In this document: piece by piece, positions 37,176-47,384 of the stretch
How positions within the stretch are numbered: position 1 is the first letter of the stretch
Layout of the letters: every line of letters starts with the position of its first letter
Assembly: GCA_032718475.1 (NCBI GenBank)
Contig: JAUCBJ010002518.1
Span: 1 to 64,000, forward strand
Direction: 5' to 3'
From: Nemertoderma westbladi
Taxonomy: Eukaryota > Animalia > Xenacoelomorpha
DNA: 64,000 nt
Notes under the pieces: model-generated
What the model saw: the letters and a program-made list of their open reading frames with translations, nothing else
Database searches by the model: none
What the model was told of the DNA's origin: nothing
Translations under genes and position numbers: made by a program

Positions 37176-38897
37176 AGCTGCTATATGGGTTTATCAATAT
37201 TATAATTAATGATAGGCTAGCGGTCGTCGCTGCCTCCCCCTCAATGCCCCCGGACAGCGCAAGATCCTCAGCGCTGATGTACTGTCGTCGCTGTGCCTCT
37301 CGCCAATGTAGTAGCTACACAACGACAACAATAACCAGCGCGAGTCACTCCACTGTCCATCCCAGGGGCTTAGAATTACTTCAGGTTCTTGCTACAGAGG
37401 CAGGGTAACTTTCACAACTGCGACTCGCTACTGTAAACACACTTTAGTAGTAACATTCACCTATAAATGCACAAATTCCACACACCTGTCACAAGTTGTA
37501 CACATTCGGGCCATTTGTCCATTAGTCAAGTGCCTTCCAGAATGCCACGTTATTATTATGTATCCCTGGATACTAGCAGGGTGCTATTTATTCCACATGC
37601 TATTCAATGGGGCAAGCTTTCTATTGTTCTTTTAACTCGCTTCTAATTCTAGTGTGGTTGTTGCTATGGTGACATTATGGAAAGCTAGCAGTAGAATTAG
37701 GGTAATTCTCATGCATACAGATCTGGGATGCTATTTAATAGTAATTCTTTAATTGTCAATATTCCCCTTTATACATGATTTTATGAATTTTATCGGCTAT
37801 TGACTATACATTGGAGATTCTCGCACACTAATATACTTAATAGGGTGAATCTCCGCTCCCATGATCTATTAATTAATGGAATTTTGGGAATGTTATAAAT
37901 TGTATAAAATGACAATTTATCAAATTCATGAGAGGATATGAATTTAAAATTTATTCCCGTAAATTTTATTATTTGACACTAAAATAGACACAATTTTATT
38001 CCAGAGCATGTCTGGGAACTAGGATCCTTAATTCTAGGAATTTTGTCTTTTTAAGAGTATCGGTAAGTGTTACGATATCTTAATTGACTAGAAATTTAAA
38101 GGATCTAAATTTTAACAGATTTTTGGTTTACAAACTCTTTAGGGTTTATTTGTCAGCATTTACTCTATTATAACATTTGTTTTAATAGATTTTATAAATA
38201 TTTATTAAATATTTAATATTTAAGATGGGCACCGATTTATTCCAGAACATGTCTGGGGATGTTAAACACTGATTCTAGAATTTTGTCTTTCAAGTATATC
38301 GGTGGGTGCCGCGATATCTTAATCGACTAGAATTTCAGATGGTCAAAGGGTTTAACAGATTTATTTTGCGTTTTTAACGCTACTGTTAAATGGACATCAT
38401 TCTACTATATGTATTATTTAATATACGGTATGAGAGCAATATTGCAAGAAGCAATGTCAGTGAGAAGAGGCAAGTCGTTTCCAAGGTCTACCCAGAGCTT
38501 GGTTTAGCCGAGACACGAGGATCTGAACTTTGCATTCCTAATACTCTACTTACCAATAATACTTGAGTATAGTAGGAGCGGTATTGTACTTTTAATAAGT
38601 ACGGACATTTCATCTTACTGTAGTCACGTATTTATAATATAACACGGACAGTAAGGAAAGAGAAAATGAATTATTTCTCGCCGTTAAACTAAATATATAA
38701 TGCTAAGTAATTAAGTAATAAACACGAATATATATTGCACGAATCTACTGAATAATCGCTAAAATAATATTCTACTAAATAAAATTAAAGAAAACGATTA
38801 TAATAATAAAAATTACGTAATAATACATACATAAATATAAAAATAATAATAAAAATATATATAAAATAATGTAGTCACACACCCACTCCAGACGCTG

Positions 38898-41263
38898 TTA
38901 CGTTGGGGAGTCCCTAGATGTTTGTTGGATTAGGGAGGTGGTCGTGGGAAGAGTATCTTGCCTTCCATAGTTTCTGGATAGCTCTCTGTCTCTTTCTAGT
39001 AAACATAAACGACCAACTGGGCGATTGAGTTGTTGTGTTTCGAATACATTCGAAATACAGTAACTGATCTTCTCAGTCAGAAACCTATCCAATACCTTAT
39101 AAGTGGGAAGGTCTTTAATAGCATGGACCTTTTCGGATGTTATTGGAGCGGTATCACTAGCGATCTTCGTCCTGGAATAGTGATGATGGAAACATCTTTT
39201 CAGATACACGATGGCCTTACAAAGCCGATTCCAGGAGCTATAATGATTTATTGCTCTCTGCAGGAGAGGTGAGAGTCCTTGCGCGACATCTGGAGTTCCA
39301 GATTTCCAGTCTCTTCCTCTGATTTCTACAACTGATTTGTTTGTGGTGGGGGAGTTTAGATCCACAGCGTCATCTCCGGAGGTGTGTAGTACAGACTTAA
39401 ACTTAAGGTCCGATTATTTAGAGCAGCAGTAGTTCCAGTACTCCTCTATGGGAGTCCATGCTGGGCTCTAACTGCTGAGGACACCAAATCTCTGGATGGC
39501 ACATTCACAAGAATGCTACGCCGGGTTCATTGTGTCAAGTACAATGCACACATCTCCAACCAGACACTATATAACATTGGAGGTGTCTCATTGGTTCCCC
39601 CAAGCTTGACACTAGAACAAAACCGCCTCCGCTTTGCAGGACATTGCTTTCGCCGTGAGGACCAGCCAGTGCATAATCTTGTACTTTGGCAGCCTCATGG
39701 AGTGAATAAGCATGGTGGACAGCCCATGACTTTCTTGAGACGCATCTTAAAGGACACTGGCCTTAAAGATGCGGATGATCTAGCAAATGTCATGGGTGAT
39801 AGGGAGTTGTGGCGGTGCAATTTTGTTGACAAGCCGGCACAGCATTCTTAAAAATGCAGCTGCAATGCAGCATGCCGATCCTAGTAGTAGTAGTAGTAGT
39901 GTAGTACAGACAGATCTATCACGGGTTTAAATAACTTTGATTTACTCGTCCGGGTTTTAGGTTTGACTTTTTCCGCTCCCTTGGCTTGTCTAATCTCAGC
40001 CGTGGTGAGATGAGGAGGCCATTCATCCTCTTCTTTACTCAGGAAGTCGGGTCCACCTAACCAGTCTGGAGTATCTATCAGTTATTGCGGGGTTGCTCCT
40101 CTAGAGGCGATGTTGGCTGGATTAATCGTCCCAGGGCAATGTCTCCATTGATCTACATTAGAGCGACTAAGTATAATGGCTACTCTGTTGGTAACGAAGA
40201 CGCTGAACTGACAGACTTCGTTTGTTATATACTCCAGAACGAGTAAAGCATCAGTCCAATAGACAGTTTTCTCCAGTGGATAGTCAATCTGTTCTGTTAC
40301 ATTCTGGCCGATAGCTGTAGCGTATAGAGCCGCCTTTAACTCCACTCGAGGAACTCGTAATTTGTTGTTTATCAAGGCCTTAGAGGTGACCAAGGCAACT
40401 TTAATTCCATCCGGAGTTTCAACCCTCAGGTAGGCTACTATACCTATTCCCATATCGCTGGCGTCTCCAAACACATGGAGTTGATAGGAATACGTGGGGA
40501 GAACGTGACCAAAATATGAACGTAAAATCGTAAAGTTCTTGATGGATGGTAGAGAATCTTCCCATTTCATCCACTTCTTTAGTAGTTCTCCCTTAAGTGG
40601 ATCATCCCACGAGTGGTTTTCAAGCCACATTTGTTGCACCAAGCTCCGAGCGACTAATATAACTGGACTAATAAATCCCAATTGATCGAAATAAGTGCTC
40701 AGGATACTTAGACAAATCCGTTTAGTTCTAACTGGATTATCTCACTGTTTTAACTGGAAAAACAAGATATCTCTCTCCGTGTCCCATTTTAAACCAAGCG
40801 TCTTGGTTTCCGGAAGATCGTCCTTGATGAGGTCCAGATCTTTAACACCTCGGTCTTCTACCGGGATCGATTCCAGAAACTCATGGGAGTTACTAGTGAA
40901 TTTGGTTAGCCGAAATCCACCGCGTTGCAAGCACTCCACCGTTCCCTTGGCAACATCAATGGCTTCTTCCACCGATGGGAGGGACTTTAAATTGTCGTCC
41001 ATGTATATATCCCGTTTGATGTTGTCAATAACCGCTTTAGAGAAGGCATCTCGGTTGTTGTCGGCAGTTGTACGCACTACCGAACAAGCGTTCGTGGGGC
41101 TCGAGATGATCCCGAAAGCTTGGATGGTCATCCAGTACTCCACCGGTTTTCGGTTGAGGTCTCCTTCAGGCCACCACAGAAATCGTAGGCTGTCTCGATC
41201 CCTATCCAGCACCTTGACTTGTAAGAACATGCCTTCTATGTCCGAAGCGAATGCGATAGAATA
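38898..41263 (-). pseudogene. BEL/Pao pol remainder: RT, RNase H, integrase mostly deleted
   Basis: MFLQV..LRFLWW, FGIISSP, YMDD, KTLGLKWD; HVFGDAS, PRVELKAA, WTDA, WRHCPGTINPA; terminal RPVGRLCLLE; integrase core absent. Confidence 0.9.
39397..39898 (+). mobile_element. 5'-truncated RTE-clade LINE insertion
   Basis: VLLYGS..W..RMLRR..RLRFAGHCFR..DRELWR; (TAG)n tail; 13-bp TSD GTGTAGTACAGAC at 39384-39396 and 39899-39911. Confidence 0.9.
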
Positions 41264-44200
41264 TTACCGCAGTCCCAATAGTATTCCCAACAAGGATTGG
41301 AGTAAGTTGGGTCCCGGCAACAGTTCGGAGTTCAGGGATTGACCCATATAAAGGGCGGAGCCGTCAAACACTACCCGGAATTCGTTGGCTTTACCAGGCT
41401 TGGGAACGTAATGATGTGTTAGATAATACGTTCTTTCCATTATGGGTGTTTCTTCCGGAACTCGCTCCGCATATCCTTTATCAATAAATTTCTTCAGCTG
41501 GGTTCTATACATTTCCCTGGCTTGATCGTTGGCAGTAAGACGCCGATGTAGTTGCGCGATTCTCTTTTCCGCTAAAGGTCGGTTATTTATAAAGGTGGGT
41601 TCTCGCCGTCGGAATGGAAGACCAATCTCATAGCGACCTTCATCCTTCAGATAATGGGTTGTCGTTTCCTGAATCTGCTTGGCTCTCTCTTCCTCGACAG
41701 ACAAGGCTTTGTTGTAGGAATTAGGCTCTACGGCTTCTTGAGTAAAGAATCGTACGGCGTGTTCATCACGGATTTTGTTATTGTATCGATCTATCACTTC
41801 ATTTAATTCGTCATTATAAGTAAATTGTCCGCCATGTTGATCGATGAGATGGCATAGGTTGACTTGGTTTAACCAAGTTTGGGTTTTGGTGAGGAGATCG
41901 ATTATGTTTTCCTCATCATACAGTTGATTAATGTCGTCATTATCTGAGGAGTATGGAGTTCCCTCAGTTGTGGTTTCTCCCTCACTGATTTCTTCTTCCC
42001 ATTCACTCACCTGATGTACTCTCTCATTAGGGAGTCTTTCCATTAGAGTTCTACGGGAAGGTCCAGTGAAGTACCAACCTACTCTCGTTCTTCCCGCATA
42101 CGTTTGTAATGGTTGCGGTTTTTCTAATGTCTCAAGCGCTTCGTGCGCATTTTGGCCGATTAATATCTGCACCCCTGGATAGTCAGTGTTGAATCTAGGT
42201 ATATTATGTTGCTGGGTAAAATGGTCTTCATCCCAGTTGTAAGGTTCCACTTGGCTAGTAGCAAAGTTCTTTATAGCCACCATTTTTACCGACCTTACAC
42301 TATGTTCTCCTAGTTCATCCTGGGGAGTGGATAACACACCCACGTAGTAATCTGTGGCTACTGTGGATTTCCAAACCTGCATGATTCCTGAAAGGTTCAA
42401 CTTAGTTCGGAACTTGGCTTGTCCAGCAAAGATGTCTTCGGCTAGTTCTTTGTCGATGAATCTACCTGTGCTGCCGGAGTCAAGTAGGGCGTTTACTATC
42501 AGGCTCTTCCCTAGCCCATGGACTCTCAGCTGCACCACAGGAAATTCCCGGATTCCGACAGAGGAAGTTGGCGCTTTCCAAGATGGTTGTCGGTCCGGAA
42601 TAGTCAGTTTAGGATTTTCCACCTCCGATTCAGTCTCGTACGTAAGTGCTCGATACACAGCGGTGTTTATCATATAACAGGATTCATTTTCGTCGGAGAA
42701 TTCGTCCGTGTAGAATCCTTCCATCTCAGAACTGTGGTCAGTGTCGATCACATCACTGAATTGGACATGTAGTTCAGGCTCACTTACCTGACTCGTGCGG
42801 GTTCTGTCAAATTCTGTGTGCAGCAAGATGTGATGTTTCGCGCCGCACTTAGCACACCTCGCGTCTGAGTAACAGGTCCGTCGTTGGTGTCCTCGTCTGA
42901 GGCAATTATAACACAACCGCTTATCCCACATGACATCACGTCTATCCTTAAGGGATTTCTTCAAGAATTCATCACACCCACTCAAGCGATGTGGCCCGTC
43001 GCACAATGCACATTTGGGTTTGATGTTACTTACTTTAACATGTGTTGTGTTGTGCACACTTGTTCTTTCCTCTGGCTTTCTTCCATGAATTCTCTTAGGA
43101 GACGTAGGAGGAGTTGTTACCTGATCTCTCCTGTCACTGGTTCGAGACTTAGATTTACTTACGTCTTTCCTCATTTTATTGACATAATAAGATCTTTCAG
43201 TGTCCTTACCGCTATTCTCCTCGTATGAGGTTTGGCTTTCGCCATCGTCCGTATAACACACTGGTGTTACCTTTCTCCTAGAAACGGGTTTTTCACTCAC
43301 CTTACTCTCTGGTGTCTTCTCTCTGGACTGCTTTAGGAGCTGTAATCTTACCTCTCCATTTAAGAATGACATAAGATCAGCCATGGTAGGGTCTCTTTGT
43401 TGCTGGTCCATCATATAGAGAACCTTGTTGTCCCAACGATTACCTACTCCACCCTTTGGCAAAATTGGCAAAGTAGATGCTACGGCTCCAACAACCATAG
43501 AACTCTGATATTCTTGAGACTTACCTAACCAATCTAGCTGTCTACAGATCTCTTGAATCTCATTGGAAAACTCTATAATCGCGCTGCTAAGAAACTTTCG
43601 GGGCGCTACTAATTTCGCATATAAATACCTAGCTATGTTAGTCCTATTACCATACCTGATGTTTAGTGTATCCCAAACTTGTCTTAATCCATCTGGATGT
43701 CCAATAAACTTTAACGCCATTAACTTGGGAGGTCCTTCCAAGCACTCGGTGAGGAATCTAAGTTTCTCTCTGTTAGATAGTACAGAGTTCTGTATGTTAT
43801 CTTTATAATATTCATTAAAAGGTAACCATTTCATCTCATATCCATTAAACTTGACGACCTCTCCCACCTTTACCGCTTGACGGGCTTCGGTTCTAGCCAT
43901 TTGACGTGTAAAACTTTCTTGAGCCATCGTATTATTTAATATCGAGTTATCGGTATATAAATTTCTCGGATTATGATCAGATCTGTATGGGATATCATTA
44001 TCAACGGGTTTATAATTACCCTTAATAGGGTTTACTATAGGAGTTTCTACTTCACTAGTAGTATAGATGCGTGTAGGCTCCACACCTTGCGCATGAAATA
44101 TTTCAGATCTAATGGGTTGACACATTGTTACATGGGGTGGTGGTATACCCATTTGTATATTTACTAATTTATCGCGCTCTAAAGCGATACTTTGTTGTAC

Positions 44201-44674
44201 TTCTTGTAACTCTAACCTACTCTCTCTCACTGTTCCCTTTAACTGCTGCACAGTACCTTCCAATTCTCGGACCTGCTGTGAAGACCTTTGTCTATGGTCT
44301 TCCAGTTGCCCGAGCAGGCGGTTCATCCCCCGCCGTCCCTTGTCCACCCACTCAACCGCTGAAGCGGGAGCCGCCAACATAGTAGCGGGGTGACGCGTAG
44401 GGACGACGGGAGACAAGTCATTTATGTCTTGCTCGGCGTCCAGGACCGGATGTGGTTCCGGGGCTTGTCTACTGGGCACAGGTAATTTAGTACTGTGCAA
44501 AGGGAATTTAGAGTTAGGTTCTGGAAGTACAGGGGTCTCCATCACCGGAGTGGCTTCCATGACAGGCCTAATTATTTCAGGCTCATCTACTATAGTAGGG
44601 AGTCTTTCTACTCTAATAATTTGGTCTGTAGGTTCTTGATTACTTAAGTCTACATTAGCTAGTTGCCTTCTCAC
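41264..44674 (-). CDS. BEL/Pao Gag-protease-RT N-terminal polyprotein segment (1136 aa open)
   Basis: KFNG..WLPF..EKLRFL..L.G gag core; three Cys/His boxes CALCDGPHRLSGC, CYNCLRRGHQRRTC, CAKCGAKHHILLH; protease ALLDSGS; YLTHH..FRVVFDGS..SLNSELLPGPNL. Confidence 0.92.
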   Translation of the reverse strand: MRRQLANVDLSNQEPTDQIIRVERLPTIVDEPEIIRPVMEATPVMETPVLPEPNSKFPLHSTKLPVPSRQAPEPHPVLDAEQDINDLSPVVPTRHPATMLAAPASAVEWVDKGRRGMNRLLGQLEDHRQRSSQQVRELEGTVQQLKGTVRESRLELQEVQQSIALERDKLVNIQMGIPPPHVTMCQPIRSEIFHAQGVEPTRIYTTSEVETPIVNPIKGNYKPVDNDIPYRSDHNPRNLYTDNSILNNTMAQESFTRQMARTEARQAVKVGEVVKFNGYEMKWLPFNEYYKDNIQNSVLSNREKLRFLTECLEGPPKLMALKFIGHPDGLRQVWDTLNIRYGNRTNIARYLYAKLVAPRKFLSSAIIEFSNEIQEICRQLDWLGKSQEYQSSMVVGAVASTLPILPKGGVGNRWDNKVLYMMDQQQRDPTMADLMSFLNGEVRLQLLKQSREKTPESKVSEKPVSRRKVTPVCYTDDGESQTSYEENSGKDTERSYYVNKMRKDVSKSKSRTSDRRDQVTTPPTSPKRIHGRKPEERTSVHNTTHVKVSNIKPKCALCDGPHRLSGCDEFLKKSLKDRRDVMWDKRLCYNCLRRGHQRRTCYSDARCAKCGAKHHILLHTEFDRTRTSQVSEPELHVQFSDVIDTDHSSEMEGFYTDEFSDENESCYMINTAVYRALTYETESEVENPKLTIPDRQPSWKAPTSSVGIREFPVVQLRVHGLGKSLIVNALLDSGSTGRFIDKELAEDIFAGQAKFRTKLNLSGIMQVWKSTVATDYYVGVLSTPQDELGEHSVRSVKMVAIKNFATSQVEPYNWDEDHFTQQHNIPRFNTDYPGVQILIGQNAHEALETLEKPQPLQTYAGRTRVGWYFTGPSRRTLMERLPNERVHQVSEWEEEISEGETTTEGTPYSSDNDDINQLYDEENIIDLLTKTQTWLNQVNLCHLIDQHGGQFTYNDELNEVIDRYNNKIRDEHAVRFFTQEAVEPNSYNKALSVEEERAKQIQETTTHYLKDEGRYEIGLPFRRREPTFINNRPLAEKRIAQLHRRLTANDQAREMYRTQLKKFIDKGYAERVPEETPIMERTYYLTHHYVPKPGKANEFRVVFDGSALYMGQSLNSELLPGPNLLQSLLGILLGLR

Positions 44675-45442
44675 CGCAGGAGGTAAATTGGGTAACTTCT
44701 GACGGTGTGGCGTTCTTCTACATCTGCTTGTATGAGATTTATTACCTTTCCCCTCGGGATCTGTTGTATCACCCTCATCGGAGGAGGTAAATCCCTGTCT
44801 TCTGGGAGTAGATTAACTCAGTATTTGCATCTGAGTAGCTGTCCTTTGTTTCTTCAAGTAATCTTGTTTCGCCTGAAGGTTCTCCAGCTCTAGTTGGGTA
44901 GTCGCTTCAGACGCCTTCTGTTCTGTCTCTGCCACTGCCGCCTTTCTTTCAGCCTCTGCAGCTGACGCCTTCCTCTCAGATTCTGCCGCTGCCTCTGCCG
45001 CTGCCGCTTTTCTTTCAGCCTCTGCAGCCGATGCCTTCCTTTCAGATTCTGCCGCTGCCACTGCCACTGCCGCTGCCGTTGCCACTGCCGCTGCCGCTGC
45101 CGCTGCCGCTGCCGCTGCCGCTGCCGCTGCCGCTGCCGCTGCCGCTGCCGCTGCCGCTGCCGCTGCCGCTTTTCTTTCAGATTCCGCAGCTGCCGCCTTC
45201 CGCTGCTGCTGACCTTCGGTCTTCTATTTGCCTTTTCTTTATCTGCTCTTCTTGGTCCATCGCTATGAGGATGCTTTCATCAAATTTAACCTGCTCCGCA
45301 GCTAATATTTCCGCATCTAACGAGTCCAACACAAATTTGGCTCCCTCACTATTAGGGTGAAGTCCAGCTAGCCGTCTCCTTAGCTCTTTGTCACCTATAA
45401 ATCGTTGATAGTCCGACAGATAGATGTCAATAGCATCCTTCT
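44675..45442 (-). pseudogene. Upstream gag portion with poly-Ala (GCGGCA)n expansion
   Basis: Frame continues from 55059 across the inner element (KPQKK|DAIDIYLSDYQRF); hexamer run at ~45050-45170; AEAERKA repeats. Confidence 0.65.
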
Positions 45443-45972
45443 TGTTAGCTTATTCAATCCCGCTAACACCCCATAAAGTTATAAGCCGATAAGCAATATT
45501 GGGAGCCACGAGATTGGGCAATTAACCAACTCGTGCCATCCCAATAAGAGTGGGAAGGAAGCACACAATAAAGGGTCAGGGGCCAAACCCCTAACCCAGA
45601 GAGTACAGGTGGAGTGAACGGGAACACTCCACGGGGCGCCAACAAGGGTATCAACCAATCAGAGGGGGGCAAGGCATCGATTAGGTAGTAATTAGGCCAA
45701 CCGTGCAATATAATCAGTAACCTATTAATCAGTAATTCAGTTATCTCAATGCAGTAGTGCTAGCATAGGTTAGTTAGTTTAGATAGGGGAGCACGGGACT
45801 TTTAGTTACCGTATCCCGCCTTCCACATATCTATATCTATATCTTATACCCATCAGTTATTATACACCAAACATCAGAACTCATTCACTGCTTTCGTTTA
45901 CTCTTTATACACGGCGGGGACGCGTAAACTAAAATACCGGATAAATCGGGATCCCTCCTGGATCCCGTCACA
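45443..45972 (+). repeat. 5' LTR
   Basis: TGTTAG..GTCACA, direct repeat of 54529-55058. Confidence 0.95.
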
Positions 45973-46078
45973 GTAACTAAAATCTAGTTGCCGCCCTAGC
46001 TAAACTGTAAAAGTAACTAAAACCAGCTGCCGCCCCAGATAAAAGCCAAACCACCAGTCACCAATCTGCAGAAGAGAG

Positions 46079-47064
46079 ATGAGCCAGTCAGGTGAATCGA
46101 CACCGCCGCGGACCCCGGACGACGATCTAACGATCCGCGAGGCCACGGCGAGACGATACGAACCCACGACGCCGGTCGATGCTACGCCGACCACGTCGAC
46201 GCACGTTGACGCCACGTCGATAACGAGCGACCCGGCGAACCAAGATGTGGGGGGTCGTCTACAAAGAGGGGACGAGTCGGGAGTCGAAAGGGAGAAAGAC
46301 GAGGTCAACGTACCGATGTCGCCGGCCAGCCACAGGCCGAGGACGACGAACGGTCCACCGGAACGGCGACGGTGGGGCCGTCGGTACGACGTCGGACCCG
46401 GAGAGATGGAGGAGAGGTCGGCGACGAGGACGTCGGGGTTTCCGATCGACTTCGACGGGCCTACAACGCGACCCGGGAACTACTAAAGGAGGCCAAGGAG
46501 GGGGCGAGGATAGACGAGGTCAGGATGACAAAGGGACTAGGTGAGTCGAACAGATACTTTGATCACCTAGTGTGTTCTGGGCAGAGAGAACTGGCCGGGG
46601 AGAGAGCGAGAGGGGTTGCCTTCGAACTGTTTGGGCTATGGGAACGTAGGGGTATGGGGCCTGGTGTAGTGTACATAGGGCCATACTTAGTCGATGCCAG
46701 GGAAGTTAAGTTAGTGGGTTGGAAGAGACATGGGGAGGGCGAATCCGAGGTTAACTCCGAGGATTCGGTCTCGTCGGTCGGAGGAAGTTCTGGGAAGCGG
46801 GGGAAAGTTAGTAGGACGGAGGGGCGACGGGAGTCCGTCGCAACCGATAAGTCTGCTACATCCTCCGCAAAAGAAAGAAGGGTGCGAGAGAGTGAACGCG
46901 TGGCGTATAAATTAGAAAAGGCGGCGGCAGAGCGGAAACAGTTAGAGGGGCAATTGAGAGAGCAAACCGCATTATTAGAGTTGGTAAGGGAGGATAGAGA
47001 GAGAACAACAGGGGCAACGGGAAACACACCAGGGAAGGTGAAAGGGCGAGAAGTGGGATATTAG
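46079..47064 (+). pseudogene. Probable gag N-terminal region, frameshifted and truncated
   Basis: Overlapping ORFs 46079-46486 and 46372-47064 right after the leader, coiled-coil-like end, cut by an LTR fragment. Confidence 0.5.
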
Positions 47065-47383
47065 CCAATGGGGGGACAGCATCGACTAGGTACAGTAATA
47101 TGGCCAACTGTGCAGTACATATATTACCTGTTGGTGCTTCCCTATTCAGTTTAGTTTACTCAGTCAGATCAGTAGGGTGGAACGGGGACTTCTGTCACCG
47201 TCCGCTACCGCCATCATACTTATTACCTGTTGTGTCATACTATACTATATATCTCAGACTATTATACCTTTATACATATTACCGAACATCAGAACTCTTT
47301 TACCTTTCACACACGGCGGGGACGCGTGGATAGAAAACCCAACGGATAAACCGGGATCCGTAGATCCCGTCACAGTGACAGAA
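47057..47383 (+). repeat. Internal partial LTR plus PBS-position motif of a sister subfamily
   Basis: Matches 1-181 and solo LTR 60990-61339 more closely than the flanking LTRs. Confidence 0.85.
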
Positions 47384-47384
47384 C

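Noticed and set aside
39881-39900. AGTAGT run as another Polinton terminus
   Set aside because: It is the (TAG)n tail of the RTE insertion, followed by its TSD.
45031-45360. Poly-(Leu-Pro) ORF
   Set aside because: Antisense reading of the (GCGGCA)n poly-Ala microsatellite.
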